Position numbers and translations under genes: made by a program | The notes under the pieces: generated by a model | Databases searched by the model: none | What the model saw: only the letters and a program-made list of their open reading frames with translations | What the model was told of the DNA's origin: nothing | Shown here: in pieces, positions 51,277 through 60,589 of the stretch | Position numbering within the stretch: the stretch's first letter is position 1 | How the letters are laid out: each line of letters begins with the position of its first letter | IMG/VR virus record: IMGVR_UViG_2921473944_000002 | Coordinates: 1 to 64,000 of that record | Length of the DNA stretch: 64,000 bases | Origin: a virus | Lineage: Duplodnaviria > Caudoviricetes | Strand: one strand, 5' to 3'

Positions 51277-52151
51277 GAGCGAAAAAGCTGAGAATCCAGA
51301 GAGTTCGCCTATGTCAGATGCGCGGTATATAAATATAATCTGACATAGTATACAAACCGCCATATAATGCAAGATACGGAACGGATGAGCATGGGCGCTC
51401 TATAAAGGTAAATCCGTTGGTTAATTGATACGAAAATCCTTGCTAATAAGTTCTTAACGAAGAGTCTCTCTATTGAGGGGCTTTTCTTTATGGGCTTATG
51501 TCCATACGACTGTGAGGTCTACCTGCTCACAGGTAATAAGTGCATATATCGGTATCTTTCGGGGTATCGTGAGGGCTACCTGCGTGATAGGAAATAAGTG
51601 AACTATACCAGTTGAAGCGTTCAATATGGGAAATCCGGCAAAAGGACGCTATACAAACAGTTTCGGTGAGCCGACCTGCCGACGGCTTTAGAATATCGGT
51701 AAAACTCTGCGGTTATCGTGGATTCCTTTAACCGATTTGAGGGAGTACATCTGCTATCAGATGCGTCGATGGTGCATGAGAGTTAGGCTCATGGTTTCGA
51801 GATAGTGAAAATCCCCATAGTTAGGCAGAGTTAGATGTGAAATATATGCCGCATTATCCTGAGTGCGTCAAAATGAGGGATAGCTTGAAAATCTACAAAG
51901 GATTTCCAATCATGACGGTATCAGTACCCGAGGGTACGTCGGCTATGTTCCAAGGAATTAAATGCCGGACTGTTGTGGGATTTCCGATGATAGACAGAGT
52001 ATAGCGAGAAAATTGAATATTGAACGGAATGCGTAAGCATTCTGATAAACCTATATTGAGCGTCCGAGATTGTGCATATCGCATGGTTTCGGGCGTTCTC
52101 TTATGGGCTTATCCCATATAAAAATCAGAGAATCCAGAGAGGAGAATCATT

Positions 52152-52898
52152 ATGGCAGAAGAAAAGAAAATGACAAAGGAAGAACTGCGTGAGTACGTAG
52201 AGAAATTATGTCGTGAATACAACGAAAATGTACAGGACGGGAATTTTGCAGAGTCTGCAAGCTTGAACGATAAGATTGAGCAGGCGGTAAATGAATATAC
52301 GTCTATCGCTCGTGAAGAATGCTTCGCAGTTCTCAAGGCATCTGAAAATCCTATGATTGAGGCTGTAAAACAGCTGACATTTCCTACAATTCGTGCGAAA
52401 GACACGAAACAGGGAGATGAGAAGATTCCGGTTCGTGTGGTTGAGGATATTGAACGTCCTATCGACCTGCTTAAATTACATAAGGCAACTGAAGGCGGTA
52501 TCGGTGCTGACAAGAACTGGGCTTATGCGGTTGAGAAACTTAACTTCTTATTGACAGCGCAGAAAGCGAAAGATCTGGGAATCGACCCGAAAGATGTAAA
52601 TGACTCATTCGCTATGGCTGATATTTCCAAGAACTTCGATATGGGTAAAAATCCGACATCAAAGACAAACCTGCTGAAGACTTTGAACATCGTTGTTCAG
52701 GCTATGATTGGCGAGGAATACAAGGCAGTGAGCCATGATGTGAACTTCTTAATGTCAGTATTTTCACGGAAAAACAGAGCAGCTCTGACGGTAACTTGCG
52801 CAAATCACAAGTATATGCGCCAGTATTGTGCGGAAATTTGTCATCGTATCGTGATGGGCGAAACTTATAAGATTGAATTCCGCAAGGTTCGTAAGTAG
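52152..52898 (+). CDS. hypothetical early protein
   Basis: ORF with AGGAG RBS. Confidence 0.75.
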   Translation: MAEEKKMTKEELREYVEKLCREYNENVQDGNFAESASLNDKIEQAVNEYTSIAREECFAVLKASENPMIEAVKQLTFPTIRAKDTKQGDEKIPVRVVEDIERPIDLLKLHKATEGGIGADKNWAYAVEKLNFLLTAQKAKDLGIDPKDVNDSFAMADISKNFDMGKNPTSKTNLLKTLNIVVQAMIGEEYKAVSHDVNFLMSVFSRKNRAALTVTCANHKYMRQYCAEICHRIVMGETYKIEFRKVRK

Positions 52899-52908
52899 GA
52901 GGTGCGAT

Positions 52909-53160
52909 ATGAGACTAACAGCATGTGAAATGCCTATCTATAGACCAGGGCGAGGAACTAATCAGGCATTGATTGAGGAATTTTCAGAGTCAGGGAATCA
53001 GTGCATGATGATAGAAGGCTGGGATGAGTCGCATCAGAGTATGAAGTCCGCCCAGTCAGCGCTAATTCAGGCGGCAAAACGTTTAGGGAAAATGCATATC
53101 AAATGTGTATCATCAGGTGGAAATTTATTTCTGATTAATACATTAACCTCCCCACACTGA
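52909..53160 (+). CDS. hypothetical protein
   Basis: ATG 52909 with AGGAGG RBS. Confidence 0.65.
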   Translation: MRLTACEMPIYRPGRGTNQALIEEFSESGNQCMMIEGWDESHQSMKSAQSALIQAAKRLGKMHIKCVSSGGNLFLINTLTSPH

Positions 53161-53205
53161 TGAGCCGGTAACGGCGAAACCGTCGGGAATCCGGCGGTCT
53201 GTGGG
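53151..53205 (+). ncRNA. type I hammerhead ribozyme
   Basis: Stem I CCCACA/TGTGGG, core CTGATGA, stem II GCCG-GTAA-CGGC, GAAA, stem III, GTC cleavage triplet ending at C53199. Confidence 0.92.
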
Positions 53206-53247
53206 TATCACAAACAAATAGCGAAAGCCGTATGGCGAAAGCGGAAA

Positions 53248-53694
53248 GTGAGGGAATCTATGAAATCAATGAATATTGATGAAATGCGGGAATATATGTC
53301 CCGTCCAGAGGGAAATTGTTGGGTAGGCGTGAATACGGCTGATGGCAATATGGCTATGGTTTCTCGCTACGGAACGACAGAGGAATTTATCTGTGAGTAT
53401 GATGGAAAATTATGCGGTGATGAAATGGAAACTACAGACATCGAAAAGGCTTTGAGATGGTTATGGAATCGTAAGGCAAATAAAGGCGGTATGAGTTTCT
53501 TGGTATTCCGTCGCAGAGTTGATGGAATGATAAAGAAAGCTGGTGGTGGGATTTCTGTATCATACAGAGCAGATAGAGAAAACGGCAGGCATATTGCTCA
53601 ATGCTCTGACGGCACAAAGATCATCGGCAGTACAAGCAGCTTGCGAGTTTCCGTCCGTTGGGGAGCAGGACACGCTGCTACGGCAGAATTGTAA
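53248..53694 (+). CDS. hypothetical protein
   Basis: ORF. Confidence 0.6.
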   Translation: MRESMKSMNIDEMREYMSRPEGNCWVGVNTADGNMAMVSRYGTTEEFICEYDGKLCGDEMETTDIEKALRWLWNRKANKGGMSFLVFRRRVDGMIKKAGGGISVSYRADRENGRHIAQCSDGTKIIGSTSSLRVSVRWGAGHAATAEL

Positions 53695-53700
53695 GGATTA

Positions 53701-54000
53701 TTGTATATGAGTAAAAAGATGTATCACGCAAGATATGATGAGTGCGACGGCATGAGTCGCGAGGAATACATAGAATATCGCCGGGAAATTCAGAGAGAGA
53801 AGAGAAAGGCGGAAGTAGAAAGGAAGAAAAAGATGATTAAGCAGAGATTGATGGGCATTGGAATGCTTTTAATTAGCGTTCTGATTTTTGTTATGGCAAG
53901 TCACGCTCAGGTTCGAGGAGATATTGACGGAACTCCATTGTTAATCACGGTTCCGATGGGATTATATATGTTGTTCTCGAAAGAGTGCTGCATAATTTAG
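53701..54000 (+). CDS. two-TM membrane protein
   Basis: Two hydrophobic helices at the C-terminus. Confidence 0.6.
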   Translation: MYMSKKMYHARYDECDGMSREEYIEYRREIQREKRKAEVERKKKMIKQRLMGIGMLLISVLIFVMASHAQVRGDIDGTPLLITVPMGLYMLFSKECCII

Positions 54001-54010
54001 GAGGTGTGCT

Positions 54011-54601
54011 ATGAAGGTATATAGAACTTCCGAGGTATTAGCCGGAGGAAGATATGAAGTAGGAGATATCGTCAGATATACATTGGAAACTGGCGAGGAA
54101 GTTGAGGCAATAGCGGTAAAAGAGGAATATATAGGGAATTATGAGCCGTGCATGACGTTCATGCTTTTGGATTGTTTGAAAGATACTTGTCGCATGAATC
54201 GTGGCGATACGAATGAAGGCGGATACGAAAAATCATATCTTAGAGAATGGCTTAATAAGGAATGTATTGAAAAATTCCCATTTGCCATGAGAATGAACAT
54301 GATTCCGTTTGAGAATGGAGATCTGCTGAGCATTCCGACAGAACGTGAGATTTTTGGACAGAATATATATGGTGAGGAAGAGCCGGACACAGTAGAACAG
54401 TTTGAACCGATGAAAAAGAGACGAAATCGATTAGCTTCCGATGGATTAAATGGAGGGTATCAGTATTACTGGCTGAAGAATAAACGTGTGGGGTCTGCGG
54501 CTTACTTCTGCTATGTGTACTACATCGGCGTTGCGGGCGGCTACGGCGCGTCTTATTCTCTTGGCGTTCGTCCGCTTTATCGTCTTCGTAACTATCGGTA
54601 A
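54011..54601 (+). CDS. DGR target protein 2 (stand-alone C-type-lectin-fold protein, DUF6273-like)
   Basis: NEGGYEKSYLREWLN and YWL...GVRP motifs; the 3' end matches TR. Confidence 0.9.
   Translation: MKVYRTSEVLAGGRYEVGDIVRYTLETGEEVEAIAVKEEYIGNYEPCMTFMLLDCLKDTCRMNRGDTNEGGYEKSYLREWLNKECIEKFPFAMRMNMIPFENGDLLSIPTEREIFGQNIYGEEEPDTVEQFEPMKKRRNRLASDGLNGGYQYYWLKNKRVGSAAYFCYVYYIGVAGGYGASYSLGVRPLYRLRNYR
54486..54574 (+). repeat. DGR variable repeat VR2 (remote)
   Basis: 89-bp match to TR with 19 differences, all at TR adenines; hairpin GCCACCA-TTTA-TGGTGGC at 54606-54623. Confidence 0.95.
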
Positions 54602-54651
54602 TCTAGCCACCATTTATGGTGGCGAATGGCTTTCCAAACGGAGGTGGTCTA

Positions 54652-54801
54652 ATGGATTTAACCGTAAGGTTTGTGGTTGTAGAAACCAATACAGTAGTTG
54701 ACAAAACATTTAGCAATTACCTAGAGTGCAGGCGATTTGTAAATAGGTGCAGGCATTCCAGAAAGATAAAGTTGATATTTTACCCTACATTCAGGGATTA
54801 A
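54652..54801 (+). CDS. small hypothetical protein
   Basis: ATG with GGAGG RBS. Confidence 0.5.
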   Translation: MDLTVRFVVVETNTVVDKTFSNYLECRRFVNRCRHSRKIKLIFYPTFRD

Positions 54802-54815
54802 GGAGAAATGGGAAT

Positions 54816-55331
54816 ATGTCAGATAAGATGAAACAAGATAGAGCGATTTCTGTAGGAGAAAAGATATTTTTATCTGTTGCGATAATTATTATTGTAATGG
54901 TTCTTGCAACTCTAACAATTACTCAAGGAAAATCTACGGAGCATACATATGAAGTAGATACAGAAGAAATAACTGTCGATTATTCAGATGCAGAGAAATT
55001 CTTTTTAATGGATTTTGAACAGAGATATCCAGATTATCAAATATATGATTCCGGAGATTTAACAGCTGAGATTCTTGAAAACAGGAATGGGAAAGTAATT
55101 GTTGAAAGATGTGTGGGAATTGTAACCGATTCAGAGACAGGTGACGGGATGATATTGAACACAGACCCGGATCACTACTACATATCATATGCAGGAGTTG
55201 ACGGCGTTACGGACGGAACTGTTATTGTATCATACATGGTTTACAGTACAAAGAATAATTCCACTGATGATATCGAAGAAAGATATGATTATATTGCATC
55301 GAGGGAATATGAACAGGAGGTATGGATGTGA
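54816..55331 (+). CDS. membrane-anchored protein
   Basis: N-terminal TM helix followed by an acidic domain. Confidence 0.65.
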   Translation: MSDKMKQDRAISVGEKIFLSVAIIIIVMVLATLTITQGKSTEHTYEVDTEEITVDYSDAEKFFLMDFEQRYPDYQIYDSGDLTAEILENRNGKVIVERCVGIVTDSETGDGMILNTDPDHYYISYAGVDGVTDGTVIVSYMVYSTKNNSTDDIEERYDYIASREYEQEVWM

Positions 55332-55609
55332 TTAAAGAAGAGATGATGGCAAAGATTGCAAGCGACACGATGATTAGTCGTGGAATCGTAGAAGATGTCG
55401 TAAATTCGCTGCTAGAAAATATTGAGCAATCTTTAGTAAATGGTGAAAACGTAGTATTCAGAGGATTTGGCACTTTTGAAGCTAAAGAAAGAAAAGCAAA
55501 GATAGGAAGAAATGTGAAAGCAGGCATTCCTGTTCAGATTCCAGCGCATATTACTCCAGTATTTAAAGCAAGTGACGCATTAAAGAAAAAAGTATATAGA
55601 GAGGTGTAG
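55322..55609 (+). CDS. hup: HU-like DNA-binding protein
   Basis: VVFRGFGTFEAKERKAKIGRN...PVFKAS. Confidence 0.9.
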   Translation: MDVIKEEMMAKIASDTMISRGIVEDVVNSLLENIEQSLVNGENVVFRGFGTFEAKERKAKIGRNVKAGIPVQIPAHITPVFKASDALKKKVYREV

Positions 55610-55611
55610 TT

Positions 55612-56223
55612 ATGCAGAATATAGATGTCACAGCTTCTGAAATTTGGGATTACTGCCTAAATCATCAAGAAGCACTTTCGAGAAATCAGCATTTGATGGC
55701 AGAAAATCCAGATTACGGGATGGAAGTCTGGCTAACGATGATAAATGGTTCCCCGGAGCTTATTGTGGAATGTGATGGTAGTGAAATCTATCGGGAGGAT
55801 ATCCTGAATGAAAAGGATGCAAAGAAAACAGCTGATAGGATATATGAAGATTATCTGAGCATCAAAGCAATTGAAACATTGACTGACGATGGCAACATGA
55901 CGGTTGATGAAGATACAACGGTTTATATCGAGGATGAAGAAGATGATGAGCAGTCATTGATTGATGAGAGAGAAGATGAGATTGAGTTATCTGTCAGGGA
56001 TTTTGTAAGTGTAGTGTCAGATACAGGGTGTTACAACGTAGAAGATGAAGTCATCGATGATTTAAAAGAACATTTCCTTGAGTATATGTATCGAAAATGG
56101 GGAATCGGAATCTATAGACCGATGTACCTTGAAGATGCAGATACAGGAGAGGATTATTTTACGGAATATCCATACGATGATCTGGTATATGAGGATGATA
56201 ATCCAATATATAAACAAGAGTAG
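55612..56223 (+). CDS. acidic hypothetical protein
   Basis: ORF with GAGG RBS. Confidence 0.7.
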   Translation: MQNIDVTASEIWDYCLNHQEALSRNQHLMAENPDYGMEVWLTMINGSPELIVECDGSEIYREDILNEKDAKKTADRIYEDYLSIKAIETLTDDGNMTVDEDTTVYIEDEEDDEQSLIDEREDEIELSVRDFVSVVSDTGCYNVEDEVIDDLKEHFLEYMYRKWGIGIYRPMYLEDADTGEDYFTEYPYDDLVYEDDNPIYKQE

Positions 56224-56273
56224 TTAAAGCCGACGATTATCGTCGGTATGCTTACCAATGCTCGGCTTCCGGG
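56219..56273 (+). repeat. 55-bp structured intergenic repeat, copy 1
   Basis: Identical to 57059-57113. Confidence 0.9.
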
Positions 56274-56341
56274 ATGCCAACCCAAGCGTAAGCGGATAGC
56301 GCAAACGGAGTAAATATAAGAGAAAAAAGGAGATAAAAATT

Positions 56342-56731
56342 ATGGCAAAAGTAAAAACAATGGGACAGGCAATCGTAGTAGTATCTGATGTGAAACTTGA
56401 GGATATCAAGAAGATTGAGAAGTATCGTCCAGATGCGCTGGTTCTTAAAGGCGGCGAGGACAATAAAGAAGAAATCTTCAGAATCGGTACAGGTAGCAGC
56501 AGTATCAATACATACGGAGCTTCTTTCTGTGAAGAGACTCGTGATGATGATAAAAAGGCTGTTATTACTATGACAACAGGTTACAACGGAGATGATATCA
56601 AAGGGTTCATCGCAGATGAGCTTGGTGCAGCTCTGACAAACCTCGGAAAGCTTGAAAAAACTATCCCAGCAGTCATCGATGCTATCGACAAAGAAAGAGA
56701 AGCTATTATGTCTGGCATTACAGTTGCGTAG
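56342..56731 (+). CDS. hypothetical protein
   Basis: ORF with AAGGAG RBS, followed by a terminator at about 56744-56774. Confidence 0.75.
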   Translation: MAKVKTMGQAIVVVSDVKLEDIKKIEKYRPDALVLKGGEDNKEEIFRIGTGSSSINTYGASFCEETRDDDKKAVITMTTGYNGDDIKGFIADELGAALTNLGKLEKTIPAVIDAIDKEREAIMSGITVA

Positions 56732-56831
56732 TCTTGCAGCATGTGGCTACCGTCTAGTTGCGGTAGCCATTTTTAAAAACTGAATATGGTACAAAATACA
56801 TAATTTTTAATGAAGAAAAGGAGATCAAACC

Positions 56832-57059
56832 ATGATTAAAGTTACAGTAGGAAATAACGTAAAAAGAAACAGCGTAATCGTAGATGAGGCAACAACTCTG
56901 AGATCAGTGCTCGAAACAAATGAAATTGATTACACAAGAGGAACAATGCATCTTGATGGTTCTACACTGCAGCCGGGAGACCTTGATAAGTCATTCTCTG
57001 ACATGGGAATCAGAGAAAAATGCTTCCTTCTGAACGTAGTAAAAGCTGATAATGCGTAA
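56832..57059 (+). CDS. ubiquitin-like (beta-grasp) protein
   Basis: 75 aa; MIKVTV...TTLRSVL...LDGSTL...DKSFSDMGI...LLNVVK follows the Ubl pattern; E1, E2-like and JAB genes nearby. Confidence 0.7.
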   Translation: MIKVTVGNNVKRNSVIVDEATTLRSVLETNEIDYTRGTMHLDGSTLQPGDLDKSFSDMGIREKCFLLNVVKADNA

Positions 57060-57113
57060 GTAGTTAAAGCCGACGATTATCGTCGGTATGCTTACCAATG
57101 CTCGGCTTCCGGG
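57059..57113 (+). repeat. 55-bp structured intergenic repeat, copy 2
   Basis: Identical to 56219-56273. Confidence 0.9.
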
Positions 57114-57159
57114 GAGAAATAATCTCCCCGGTATTATAGGTAATCACGGAGGCGCTACT

Positions 57160-57804
57160 ATGGCAAAGAAAAAGAACAACTTTTATGCGGTAAAGAAAGG
57201 AAAGATTCCCGGTTTATATAAAACATGGGATGAGTGTAAAGCGCAGGTTGATGGCTTTAGTGGCGCTTTATACAAAGGGTTCTCAACAAGGAAAGAGGCT
57301 GAGAATTACTTGGATGGCAATATTGAATCAGAAGAAGATTCTTTAAACGAGGCGGAGGTTACAATATATGTAGACGGAAGCTATGATGAAAACACCAAGG
57401 TGTATGGATATGGTTTTGTGGTTATCAATAAAGACGGAACCGTAGAAAAATATTATGGAGCAGGAAATAATCACGAGTCTGCAAAATTAAGAAATGTAGC
57501 AGGAGAGATGCTTGCGTCTATGAACGCTGTTAGATATGCAATTCAACACGGGTATAAGTCTGTGAAAATTTATTATGATTACAGTGGTATAGAAATGTGG
57601 GCGACTAAGGAATGGAAAACAAAGAATAATTTAACCACGAAGTACGCTTGCGCAATGCAAGAATGGATGTCAGAAATTTTAATTTCGTTCCAGAAAGTCG
57701 CAGCTCATACAGGCGTCGAATACAATGAAGCCGTAGATCAGCTTGCAAAATTTGCGGTAAGTAATTTTTGTAAGGAAAACAGTATAGGGAATGGAATGCG
57801 TTGA
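57160..57804 (+). CDS. rnhA: ribonuclease HI with N-terminal hybrid-binding domain
   Basis: FYAVKKG...WDECKAQVDGF, YVDGS, NVAGE, YDY, KVAAHTG...NEAVDQLA. Confidence 0.92.
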   Translation: MAKKKNNFYAVKKGKIPGLYKTWDECKAQVDGFSGALYKGFSTRKEAENYLDGNIESEEDSLNEAEVTIYVDGSYDENTKVYGYGFVVINKDGTVEKYYGAGNNHESAKLRNVAGEMLASMNAVRYAIQHGYKSVKIYYDYSGIEMWATKEWKTKNNLTTKYACAMQEWMSEILISFQKVAAHTGVEYNEAVDQLAKFAVSNFCKENSIGNGMR

Positions 57805-57942
57805 GGCGCTGATAGATGGTTCGATTCCATCCGTTCCATCTATCTCATAGATGGAAATGAGATATGAGGAGGCTGTCCGAGATGTAAGAAACAGTCGGCT
57901 TGTGGATTGCCGGTACAAATATGCTGAAAATCCATATTAAAC

Positions 57943-58016
57943 GGATTGTTAGCTCAGGTGGTTAGAGCAACCGGCTCATAACCGGTCGGTCATCCGTTCG
58001 AGTCGGATACGATCCA
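57943..58016 (+). tRNA. tRNA with CAT anticodon (Ile2-like or Met)
   Basis: GGATTGT/ACGATCC acceptor, ACCGG-CTCATAA-CCGGT anticodon arm, GTTCGAGT T-loop; lacks the initiator GGG/CCC anticodon stem. Confidence 0.88.
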
Positions 58017-58043
58017 TTGAATATTTAAAAAGGAGGAATTAAA

Positions 58044-59609
58044 ATGTTCAGACCAACCATTAACAATACGCCATTGACATCACAAATGGCAAATAGCTAT
58101 TTCCAAAATATTTATGGAGATAACTTTAATTCTGATGTAACTTTTGTTTCAACATTAAGAGCATTGGTTGCAAATAGAATCAAAGACGATGAAAGAGTAG
58201 TACTTAAGTTCAGGAATAGTTCGTTCGATAAAGACACAATTGAAGGCGCAAGCGATATAAATGTGTTGAATGCTGTATGTAATCCAATGAACTATGCAAA
58301 CGGTACAATCATTGTGCATAATTTTAGAGGAAATGCACAAGGGAATTTGGCATCTTTCCGAGTAATGGAAAGAGGATTCACATCAACATATAGTGGATTT
58401 GAGAGAATCGTTAAAGTAACAGAGTTTTTTAGAAAAACTTTTTACTCGTTATGTTTTGTTAACCCTAACACTAAGCAGGTTGTAATATTCATAGACAACC
58501 TAAATATCCGTCGTATGCATTATTTACAGTGCGCCATTTTTGCATTTATGCCTTGGTATTTTGATCCAAGTGAAGGTGTTACGGCAGATGAAATGGAACT
58601 GATTCAATCGTTAAGAGAGACAACGCCTGACAGATATATGGCTGCGATTGCAAAGATTGCATCTGCATATGATTTTAGATCCATGCATATCAGAAACGAA
58701 CTTAAAGGTTTCGAAACAATATACGAGAAAAGACAGTGCGCAGAACTCGAACAAAATATCGAATCGTATCTCCGCAATATTAGAGACTATAACGATCAAA
58801 TTGCGAATATTCTTAGACAAAAATACGATGCTGAAATTAGATTGCTTGGGCTGAAAGATAAAATTGCGGCATCAGAAGGGGAAGATTCAGAGATTATGGA
58901 ATACTTCCTCTGCAATTCGAAGCTCGATTTGGAGTATGTTAATAACTCTGACCTGACATTTGTTGTCAAGGATTATCTTATGTATTTCGATGAAGATATG
59001 GCAAAGACAATTATTGATAACAATCGAAGCTATATATATCGAAATTCCAGAGATTTTGATGCAGACGATGTGAAGAAGCTGATGTATGCGATTTTCATTG
59101 ACCAGACAATCAGGCTGCGATTCTGCTGTGCGTATACACTCCGGTTAGGAGAGCGTGTCAGAGGATTAAGCGATTACGATTATAATGAAACCTATAGTAC
59201 ATATATGCCAAATCCACATATCGACAGATATAGTTGTCTGGGAAATTACGAGCGAACAATGAACGAAAGACTTAGAGATAATGATGCTATTGGAGCAATA
59301 GAATTATGTATTTCTTCGTGTAAGAGTTTGAATTTCAGTGACAGTACGGTTATGGAAACTTTCATGGCTCGCATGACTGGGGAACATGGATATAGACACA
59401 ATAAATGCATTGAACTCCCAGATGGAAGTGTTGTAGATATGAAAGGTGCTATTGCGTGGATGAAAGAACAGGAAGAAGCTACTGAGCAGAAAGAAGAAAC
59501 TACAGAAAATGAGCAGGAAGTTCCTGAAAGACCGGAACAGGCGGCAGATACAGTTGAAGAGCCAATCGAAGATGATATTGATTTGCCAGACGACGAATTT
59601 GAATTCTAA
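58044..59609 (+). CDS. coiled-coil protein with C-terminal E2/UBC-like domain
   Basis: MPNPHIDRYSCLG resembles the prokaryotic E2 PH(I/V)...CLG active-site motif; supported by gene context. Confidence 0.6.
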   Translation: MFRPTINNTPLTSQMANSYFQNIYGDNFNSDVTFVSTLRALVANRIKDDERVVLKFRNSSFDKDTIEGASDINVLNAVCNPMNYANGTIIVHNFRGNAQGNLASFRVMERGFTSTYSGFERIVKVTEFFRKTFYSLCFVNPNTKQVVIFIDNLNIRRMHYLQCAIFAFMPWYFDPSEGVTADEMELIQSLRETTPDRYMAAIAKIASAYDFRSMHIRNELKGFETIYEKRQCAELEQNIESYLRNIRDYNDQIANILRQKYDAEIRLLGLKDKIAASEGEDSEIMEYFLCNSKLDLEYVNNSDLTFVVKDYLMYFDEDMAKTIIDNNRSYIYRNSRDFDADDVKKLMYAIFIDQTIRLRFCCAYTLRLGERVRGLSDYDYNETYSTYMPNPHIDRYSCLGNYERTMNERLRDNDAIGAIELCISSCKSLNFSDSTVMETFMARMTGEHGYRHNKCIELPDGSVVDMKGAIAWMKEQEEATEQKEETTENEQEVPERPEQAADTVEEPIEDDIDLPDDEFEF

Positions 59610-59622
59610 GGAGCGTTGAATT

Positions 59623-60576
59623 ATGAGTAAAATGATAAAATTACCACAGGATATCCTTGATCAGTATACAAAGGAGTTTTACGAAACTTTAAGATCAGGA
59701 AAATTTCCAGATGGGAAAGTTAATTTTTCCAAGACATTAGGGACTGTTGATAGAAAAGCAACAGTCCTTTTTACAGAGTTGGCATGGCAGAAAATGCAGC
59801 TCCTTATCAGGGAATTTAACGATGAGGTAGCATGGCACGGCATCGCAACGAGATGTGAAGAGCAAGATACATATCTCATTTCTGATATTTTGGTGTATCC
59901 ACAGGAGGTTACAGGAACTACTGTTACTACAGATCAGGAAAAATATCAGATGTGGTTAATGGAGCAGGAAGACGATATATTTAATAACATTAGAATGCAG
60001 GGTCATTCTCATGTAAATATGGCAACCAGCCCATCCAGTGTGGACTTGAATCTATATGAAAGTATCCTAGATCAGCTCAGTGGTGATATGTTCTATATCT
60101 TTATGATTTGGAATAAGAGCGGGAGCAAAACTGTAAAAATTTACGACCTCAGAGAGAATATTCTATTTGAGACTTCTGATGTTACAGTATCCATTAAAGA
60201 TGTTGGCGATATGTCTGGATTTTTGAAAGAAGCAAAGGAATTGGTGCAGAGAAAAACATATACATCTACATATGGCGGAAATGGATATCCGTATTCAGGA
60301 TATGGTGGATACGGTGGCTATGGAGCCAAGAAAAAAGATGAAAAGAAAGATGTGACAAGCCTGGGAAAACACAAACCCCTTACGTCAGAAAATAAAAAAA
60401 GCAAAGGACGTAAGGGGAAGCGTAAGAAAGGAAATAAATCTACTAAACAGGTGACATTAGATGATTACTTCGGATTATCAACCCAAGACGTCGATGGATA
60501 TGATGACGCAGATCTTGATGGTCTGAGCGAGTATGAGGATGAATATTGGCGACGTAAATATGGTTTCGATTGCTAG
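59623..60576 (+). CDS. JAB/JAMM (MPN) metallopeptidase
   Basis: EVAW...HSHVNMATSPSSVD fits E...HxHx7SxxD. Confidence 0.85.
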   Translation: MSKMIKLPQDILDQYTKEFYETLRSGKFPDGKVNFSKTLGTVDRKATVLFTELAWQKMQLLIREFNDEVAWHGIATRCEEQDTYLISDILVYPQEVTGTTVTTDQEKYQMWLMEQEDDIFNNIRMQGHSHVNMATSPSSVDLNLYESILDQLSGDMFYIFMIWNKSGSKTVKIYDLRENILFETSDVTVSIKDVGDMSGFLKEAKELVQRKTYTSTYGGNGYPYSGYGGYGGYGAKKKDEKKDVTSLGKHKPLTSENKKSKGRKGKRKKGNKSTKQVTLDDYFGLSTQDVDGYDDADLDGLSEYEDEYWRRKYGFDC

Positions 60577-60589
60577 GGTGGTGAGATAA

